Assembly (NCBI GenBank): GCA_043826435.1
Contig: JBDRQF010000028.1
Coordinates: 1 to 11,788 of the forward strand
DNA from: Elusimicrobiota bacterium
Lineage (GTDB): Bacteria > Elusimicrobiota > Endomicrobiia > CG1-02-37-114 > JAHJSO01
Length of the DNA: 11,788 nt
Direction: 5' to 3'
Shown: piece by piece, positions 6,528 to 11,788 of the stretch
Position numbering within the stretch: position 1 is the stretch's first letter
How the letters are laid out: each line of letters opens with the position of its first letter
Made by a program: the position numbers and the translations under genes
Notes under the pieces: model-generated
Told to the model about the DNA's origin: nothing
The model's input: only the letters and a program-made list of their open reading frames with translations
Database searches by the model: none

Positions 6528-7855
6528 CCATATACGGGTGTTCCGCAGAATTTACATTTGCCGGCGCCCGCCCGTCCACCCGCAGAAATAATATTATTTT
6601 CCGCTACATAATATCCTGTGCGTTTTACCAGCACCTTGCCGCAGTTGTGGCAGTAGGTTGATTCTCCCTCGTTGCCCGGAGGAACATTCCCGACATATAC
6701 ATATTTTAATCCGCATTCCATGGCAATCTTCCTGAGGTTTTCTACTGTTGAAAGTGGTGTTTCCGGATAGTTCTGCATTTTATACCGGGGGCTGAACCGT
6801 GAAAAATGCAATGGGATTTTATCCCCCAAGTTTTCTTTAATCCAGAGACACATCCTTTTTATTTCTTCAGTGTCGTCGTTAAGTGTGGGGACTACGAGAT
6901 ATACGATTTCAAGATGGACACCTTCCTGCTTTATTATTTTCAGTGTTTCCAGGACTGGTTGGAGGCGTCCTCCGACAATCTCCTTGTAGTATTTTTCATT
7001 GAATGCTTTCAGGTCAATTTTTATACCATCCACGTATTTACAGAGTTCTTTCAGCGGTTCGGGATTTATAAAACCGCCCGACACCACGGTGGATTTTATT
7101 CCTTCCTTTCGTGCATGTCGTGCCGTCTCAATCATATATTCATAAAAAACAACCGGCTCGGAATAAGTGAATGAAATAACTTTTGTGTTTGTCCTTTTAG
7201 CGAGTTTGACAATGCCTGCCGGCGGAATGTAAAACGACTCAACATCTTCAGGTTTTGCCTGGGATATAGACCAATTCTGGCAGAATTTGCAGAAGAGGTT
7301 GCATCCTGCAGTTGCAAGGGAGAATGCCTGTTCACCCGGCATAAAATGATAAAATGGTTTTTTTTCTATGGGGTCTATGGCAATACTGCATGGACGGGAA
7401 TGACAGAGTGATATTAGTTTTCCATCAATATTCTGCCTGACATTACACAGTCCCACTTCATTCGGCTTCAGGGTGCATTCCCATGGGCAGAGACGACACT
7501 TCACCGCTCCGCCGGGCAGTTCCTCATAAAACATCGCTTCTTTTTGTGGCGGGGTTACCTGTTTATATAATGGCGCCAGCAGTCGTCCGTCTTTCGTGAT
7601 GGTGGCAGAAGTTATGCTGTCGGTTTCCGGTCGTTTTTTGTTGGACGCAGATATACCGGAAGATGCAGATGGTTGGGTGGCATCACCCTGAATTTCGGTG
7701 CCGGCGGCAGCCCCCGTGACCGTGACATTCCCCTCATCACCCCCCGCGGCAGCCCTTCTGTTTTTGTGGTCCGTCCATAAATTGTTTGCGATTGCCAGGA
7801 GACATAAAAGAAAAATCCCCATTATCGCGATATTAAAAAGTGTGTTCTTTTTCAT
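6518..7855 (-). CDS. amrS: AmmeMemoRadiSam-system radical SAM enzyme with N-terminal membrane anchor and ~100-aa extension
   Basis: Family signatures are EAMFYE...VKCRLCPWEC...GLCNVRQN, DPIEKKPFYHF, the radical SAM motif GCNLFCKFCQNWSISQ (7280-7303), FTYSEP, LHFSRFSP, YVYVGNVP, TYCHNCG and CKFCG. The start is supported by an ATGA overlap with the upstream stop at 7852-7855. Confidence 0.9.
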   Translation of the reverse strand: MKKNTLFNIAIMGIFLLCLLAIANNLWTDHKNRRAAAGGDEGNVTVTGAAAGTEIQGDATQPSASSGISASNKKRPETDSITSATITKDGRLLAPLYKQVTPPQKEAMFYEELPGGAVKCRLCPWECTLKPNEVGLCNVRQNIDGKLISLCHSRPCSIAIDPIEKKPFYHFMPGEQAFSLATAGCNLFCKFCQNWSISQAKPEDVESFYIPPAGIVKLAKRTNTKVISFTYSEPVVFYEYMIETARHARKEGIKSTVVSGGFINPEPLKELCKYVDGIKIDLKAFNEKYYKEIVGGRLQPVLETLKIIKQEGVHLEIVYLVVPTLNDDTEEIKRMCLWIKENLGDKIPLHFSRFSPRYKMQNYPETPLSTVENLRKIAMECGLKYVYVGNVPPGNEGESTYCHNCGKVLVKRTGYYVAENNIISAGGRAGAGKCKFCGTPVYGEW

Positions 7856-9456
7856 AATTTAATCCATGTCTTTCTTCTGATAGCCCCTGCGGGGCAGGCA
7901 TTTATACATTTATTGCACTGGATACACTCAATTGTCTTAATATAAATTTTGCTACTGGTACCGGCGGATTGTTCGGCGGATTTTACCGAAGGGTCAGTGG
8001 ATTGTTCGGCGACAACATGGGCGATAACCTGCTGTTTAGCAGGTTGCGTTTTAGTTTCAGGAGGGGCTTTTTCAATGCCCCCCACAGCCCCCACAGGACA
8101 TATTTTAACACATTTTTCACACCGAGTGCAACTACCGGTAACTTTTAATTTCCACAGCGAAACACGGGAACAGATGCCCAGCAGCGCTCCTACAGGACAA
8201 AAATATCTGCAGAAATATCTGCTGAAAAAAACGGACATAACGAGTGCGGCCAGTGCGATTAAAATTACAGGCGGACCTCCGACGAACCCGAACACGACGG
8301 GAAACGGCTCGTAGTTTGCCAGATTGGGATTATTATGGACAAGAGAAACAACCATTGCAATCCAGAGCAAAAGGTATTTAATATCCACCATGTTCTTACC
8401 CGCCCCGCTGTGTCCGGCAGTATCCCTGAGGTTTAGTATTTCTTCAAGAAATCCGAAAGGGCAGAGCCACCCGCAATAAAATCTTCCCAATAACAGCAAT
8501 GTTATGAATATGACCGCCCAGAAAACCCAGTAATGCATTGTTTCAAAAGAGAACCCCGTGAACCGTTGCGTCATAACATTCAGAACGTTTATGATTGAAA
8601 ACGGTATATTCAGGTAAAAACCCGGGATAATTATACCTGAAATGATGACGGCATTCCTGACCCTACCGTAGTGTTTATCGCCCCGCACAAAAAAACCGTA
8701 AAAAGCAAGACACAGAAAAGCCGCCAGCAGTAATAAATTTACTGAAGGAGGGGGGGAGAACCGGGTGGCGGGGTGCGTGGCAGGGCGGGGTGAAAACCGG
8801 GTGGCTGTCGTCGTGGCGAATTCAGTGGTCATAGTGCCTGTGTGTGGGGCAAAGTGGGTGGCAAAGCGGGCCGGAGGACCGCCTGATGCATCCGAAAAAC
8901 CGCCTGTTTGTTCAGCCAGTACCACCAGTCCCTTTCGGACTGCATTTGCAATCGCATTGGTAGTAAGGGTCGCTCCTGTAATTCCATCAATGTCCTGTCC
9001 CGCCTGTAATTTGTCATTTTTAGTTTTGCCTGTAAACCACCCTGTAAATTTCTCAATGGATGAATCGGAAACATACCCGGAAGTTTCACTGTGTTGAATC
9101 ACCGCAATCCCGGTAATTTTGCCGCCCAGATCAACCCCGACTAAAATTTTCATCTCGCCACCATACCCGACGCTTTCTTTACGGGCGAGGTCAGTGGTGA
9201 AAAAACAATAGCCGGCATGGCTCCCTTTTGAATAAATTTCATAATAGTTTTTATTTTCTAATGTTTTTTTGGCATTGAGAACGGGGATATCCGCGGACGG
9301 AAAAGACGGAAACACTTTTTGCAATATAGACGGTTTTATAGAGAAATCAGCCTGGATTGATTTTTTTTTGACGGTGTGGAGGTGGAAATTATATATCCAT
9401 GCGGTCAGGAGTGTTACAAGTAAGACAGGACCTAATATTCTTTTTAAGTTTTTCAT
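7852..9456 (-). CDS. FMN-binding domain + NapH/YccM-like polyferredoxin membrane protein (NosR/NirI/RdhC-like architecture)
   Basis: An N-terminal TM helix precedes an FMN_bind-type domain (GYGGEMKILVGVD..GKITGIAVIQHSET..Y; IDGITGATLT, with the TGAT motif at 8968-8979). Several TM helices carry two CxxxCP motifs (GRFYCGWLCPFG, RYFCRYFCPVG). Two ferredoxin motifs follow: CTRCEKCVKICP and CIQCNKCINACP. Confidence 0.9.
   Translation of the reverse strand: MKNLKRILGPVLLVTLLTAWIYNFHLHTVKKKSIQADFSIKPSILQKVFPSFPSADIPVLNAKKTLENKNYYEIYSKGSHAGYCFFTTDLARKESVGYGGEMKILVGVDLGGKITGIAVIQHSETSGYVSDSSIEKFTGWFTGKTKNDKLQAGQDIDGITGATLTTNAIANAVRKGLVVLAEQTGGFSDASGGPPARFATHFAPHTGTMTTEFATTTATRFSPRPATHPATRFSPPPSVNLLLLAAFLCLAFYGFFVRGDKHYGRVRNAVIISGIIIPGFYLNIPFSIINVLNVMTQRFTGFSFETMHYWVFWAVIFITLLLLGRFYCGWLCPFGFLEEILNLRDTAGHSGAGKNMVDIKYLLLWIAMVVSLVHNNPNLANYEPFPVVFGFVGGPPVILIALAALVMSVFFSRYFCRYFCPVGALLGICSRVSLWKLKVTGSCTRCEKCVKICPVGAVGGIEKAPPETKTQPAKQQVIAHVVAEQSTDPSVKSAEQSAGTSSKIYIKTIECIQCNKCINACPAGAIRRKTWIKL
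7966..8011. repeat. 13-bp direct repeat pair GGATTGTTCGGCG (encodes AEQS twice on - strand)
   Basis: Copies at 7966-7978 and 7999-8011, 33 nt apart, inside the insertion between the two ferredoxin motifs. Confidence 0.75.
8746..8877. repeat. Degenerate ~12-nt-period intragenic repeat encoding a Pro/Thr/Ala-rich linker
   Basis: Encodes PPARFATHFAPHTGTMTTEFATTTATRFSPRPATHPATRFSPPP. AACCGGGTGGC occurs exactly at 8759-8769 and 8795-8805, and there is a G7 run at 8750-8756. Confidence 0.7.
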
Positions 9457-9904
9457 AAGTGCGTTTTACCGATTCGGGTAAAATCTTTGTGTCCGCAATG
9501 CAGGGCATAAAACCCGTATCCCCTATCCATCTCGGCACGATGTGGACATGCAGATGTCCCGGGATGCCCGCACCCGCTGCCCTGCCAAGGTTAATCCCTA
9601 TGTTAAACCCATCGGGATTCATCGTTTTGCGGATAACCTCTACCCCCAGCCCGACGGTCTTCATGAGTTCAAACAGTTCTGCGTCCGTGAGTTTGCCAAG
9701 TTCCTTCTTGTGGGATTTCGGCGCAGCCATCAGGTGCCCGTTTGTATAAGGGTATAAATTAAGCAGGAGTACGGTGTGTTTCCCTCTGTAGAGGACAAAG
9801 TTGGACGCGTCTCTTTTTCCCCTGATCTTTTTACAGAGGATGCATTTTTTGGATTTTTTAGACAGTATAAAACCCATACGCCACGGCGCCGATATTATTT
9901 TCAT
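9389..9904 (-). CDS. HIT-family hydrolase (Ap4A hydrolase/phosphorylase-like)
   Basis: APWR, CILC, LNLYPYTNGHLM, GFNIGINLGRAAGAG and the histidine triad HLHVHIVPRW..D. ATGA overlap with the folK stop at 9901-9904. Confidence 0.92.
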   Translation of the reverse strand: MKIISAPWRMGFILSKKSKKCILCKKIRGKRDASNFVLYRGKHTVLLLNLYPYTNGHLMAAPKSHKKELGKLTDAELFELMKTVGLGVEVIRKTMNPDGFNIGINLGRAAGAGIPGHLHVHIVPRWIGDTGFMPCIADTKILPESVKRTYEKLKKNIRSCLTCNTPDRMDI

Positions 9905-10344
9905 GACGGTATTTTTATCCCCGGTTCAATTTCCTTCAGCGGTTTCAGGACGGAATCCCTTTCCGACAGGTGCGGATGGGGTATCTTCAGCGTCTTTGTT
10001 TTAATTACCCTTTTGCCGTATAGCAGTATGTCAAGGTCTATTACCCGAGGCCCCCACCGGAACGTTTTTTTTCTGCCTAACCTTTTCTCTATTTTTTTAA
10101 GCAGGCGTAAAAGTTTTTCAGGTGGAACATCCGTCCGGATTTTCCACACAGCGTTTAGAAATTTCGGTTGATTTTTATAACCCCACGGAGGCGTTTCACG
10201 GATGGAAGAACATTTTTTTATTTCAACGTCCTTCTCCATGTTTAACAATTCAAGTGCGGAAAAAATATTCTTTTTCCTGTTGCCTGCATTGGCGCCGACG
10301 CCGATATACACATCCACTGATTTTGATGATTCCGCCTTTACCAT
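9901..10344 (-). CDS. folK: 2-amino-4-hydroxy-6-hydroxymethyldihydropteridine diphosphokinase (HPPK)
   Basis: VYIGVGAN.G, SSIRETPPWG...QPKFLNAV, IEKRLGR...RWGPRVIDLDILLYG and IPHP...ER motifs. The start overlaps the upstream stop (ATGGTAA). Confidence 0.95.
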   Translation of the reverse strand: MVKAESSKSVDVYIGVGANAGNRKKNIFSALELLNMEKDVEIKKCSSIRETPPWGYKNQPKFLNAVWKIRTDVPPEKLLRLLKKIEKRLGRKKTFRWGPRVIDLDILLYGKRVIKTKTLKIPHPHLSERDSVLKPLKEIEPGIKIPS

Positions 10345-11510
10345 TTTATCTTTGATAACCGGAGGAGCGCTTTTTTAATCCGCTGCGTGCCGACTGTAAG
10401 AGCGAATCTGATATACCCCTCTCCTGCCCGCCCCATCCCCGAACCAGGCGTGACAACTATACCCCCCTGTGTTAGCAGTTTCTCGGTTGTCTGGACGGAA
10501 GTATAATTTTTTGGGACCCTGCACCATACATAGAATGTCGTCCTGGGATTTATCGGCTTCCAGCCCAGTTGGATGAGTCCGTCCACGAGCGTGTCCCTTC
10601 TTTCCCTGTAAATCATTCTCATTTCTTCAACGCACTCCTGAGGCCCCGTCAGGGCTGCAATGCCTGCATGTTGAATTGCAGAAAATACCCCGGAGTCAAA
10701 GTTGTCTTTCACCGCCCCGAGACCGTTTATTATTCTGGAATTTCCACACACCCAGCCGATACGCCAGCCCGTCATGTTGTATGTTTTTGAGAGTGAATGG
10801 AATTCAATCCCGACCTCTTTTGCCCCGGGCACCGAAAGGAAACTGCCCGGCCTGTCTTTTTCATCAAAATAAATTTCTGAATATGCGGCATCGTGAGCAA
10901 TTATTATTCCATTCCTTTTCGCCCATTTAATTATCTCCGTAAAAAAAGACCTTGGTGCGACAGCAGAGGTCGGGTTGTTCGGGTAGTTGATAAACATCAA
11001 TTTCGCTTTTGATAGAACTGCTTTCGGGGTCTTCATAAGCGAATCAATATCCGGGAGGAATTTATTTTTTTCCAGCAGAGGAACAGGGTGCGGGCAACCC
11101 CCTGCAAATATTGCGCTGGCACGATAAACAGGGTAGCCCGGCTCAGGCACAAAGACCACATCTCCGTCGTTGACAAATGCAAGAGGGAGGTGTGCGATGC
11201 CTTCTTTTGAGCCGAGAAGTGGAAGGATTTCCGTGTCCGGGTTGAGATGGACTCCGAATCTTTTTTCGTACCACGAACTTATCGCCTTTCTGAATTCTTT
11301 CAGCCCGGCACCGAACGGATATTGATGAAATTTCGGATTTGAGAGCGCCTCCTGCCCCGCTTTTATAATGTGTGCGGGTGTTGGAACATCAGGGTCCCCC
11401 ACGCCGAATGAAATAATGTCAACCCCTTTGCGTAAGAGTTCGCTTTTCTTTCTATCAATCTCTGCAAACAGATAAGGGGGTAGTTTTTTGAGACGCTCAG
11501 CGATATTCAT
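10338..11510 (-). CDS. dapL: LL-diaminopimelate aminotransferase-like class I/II PLP aminotransferase
   Basis: AERLKKLPPYLFAEID, GVGDPD.PTP, GSKEGIAH, PGYPVY, NYPNNPT, DAAYSEI and the PLP-lysine motif SLSKTYNMTGWRIG. It lies immediately downstream of dapB. ATG 11510 is preferred over TTG 11543. Substrate specificity is inferred from context. Confidence 0.82.
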   Translation of the reverse strand: MNIAERLKKLPPYLFAEIDRKKSELLRKGVDIISFGVGDPDVPTPAHIIKAGQEALSNPKFHQYPFGAGLKEFRKAISSWYEKRFGVHLNPDTEILPLLGSKEGIAHLPLAFVNDGDVVFVPEPGYPVYRASAIFAGGCPHPVPLLEKNKFLPDIDSLMKTPKAVLSKAKLMFINYPNNPTSAVAPRSFFTEIIKWAKRNGIIIAHDAAYSEIYFDEKDRPGSFLSVPGAKEVGIEFHSLSKTYNMTGWRIGWVCGNSRIINGLGAVKDNFDSGVFSAIQHAGIAALTGPQECVEEMRMIYRERRDTLVDGLIQLGWKPINPRTTFYVWCRVPKNYTSVQTTEKLLTQGGIVVTPGSGMGRAGEGYIRFALTVGTQRIKKALLRLSKIKW

Positions 11511-11538
11511 TTTTTCTTCACCGCGATGCGTGGTCAAC

Positions 11539-11560
11539 GGCAACCCTTGAAAAGGTTACC
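11539..11560 (-). other. Intergenic RNA hairpin between dapB and dapL
   Basis: The minus strand GGUAACCUU-UUCA-AGGGUUGCC forms a 9-bp stem including two G-U pairs. No U-tract follows it. Confidence 0.5.
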
Positions 11561-11568
11561 CATTTGGT

Positions 11569-11787
<219 letters not shown>

Positions 11788-11788
11788 C

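Noticed and set aside
9361..9369. A9 tract (coding strand) as a phase-variation switch
   Set aside because: It encodes KKK in frame. A/T runs are common throughout the window and there is no evidence of variation without reads.
7852..9456. Calling this gene nosR or rdhC
   Set aside because: The architecture is similar, but no nosZ or reductive dehalogenase gene is in the window, so no symbol was assigned.
24..10930. Short alternative-frame and antisense ORFs in the track (e.g. 778-1161, 1853-2140, 6806-7174, 7949-8314, 8765-9097, 9776-10171)
   Set aside because: They lie wholly or largely within well-supported genes and show no recognisable motifs; they are treated as shadow ORFs.

Overview
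Gene-dense bacterial window containing two convergent operons that meet at 5792/5808. The domain repertoire suggests an Elusimicrobiota- or FCB-like diderm (inference only). The + strand block (<2-5792) is a cell-envelope module of four genes: (i) the 3' part of a fibronectin type III repeat protein ending in a T9SS type-A/FlgD-Ig-like C-terminal domain; (ii) a PorV-family beta-barrel fused through a helical linker and two Ig-like domains to a caspase-like (C14) peptidase with an intact His/Cys dyad; (iii) a DUF4384 lipoprotein; (iv) an LPP20-like lipoprotein. The two lipoproteins share an 18-aa helical motif. The - strand block (>11787-5808) runs dapB (partial), LL-DAP aminotransferase, folK, a HIT hydrolase, an FMN-binding/NapH-like polyferredoxin membrane protein, an AmmeMemoRadiSam radical SAM enzyme and a DsbD_2-type membrane protein. 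The radical SAM enzyme has an unusual ~104-aa N-terminal extension with a membrane anchor and a flavinylation-like motif (DSITSAT). Two candidate novel systems stand out: a PorV-caspase secretion/processing module, and a membrane-tethered, possibly flavinylated radical SAM enzyme with its own transmembrane electron supply. No RNA genes, CRISPR arrays or mobile elements were recognised. All family calls come from motif recognition by eye, not database searches.
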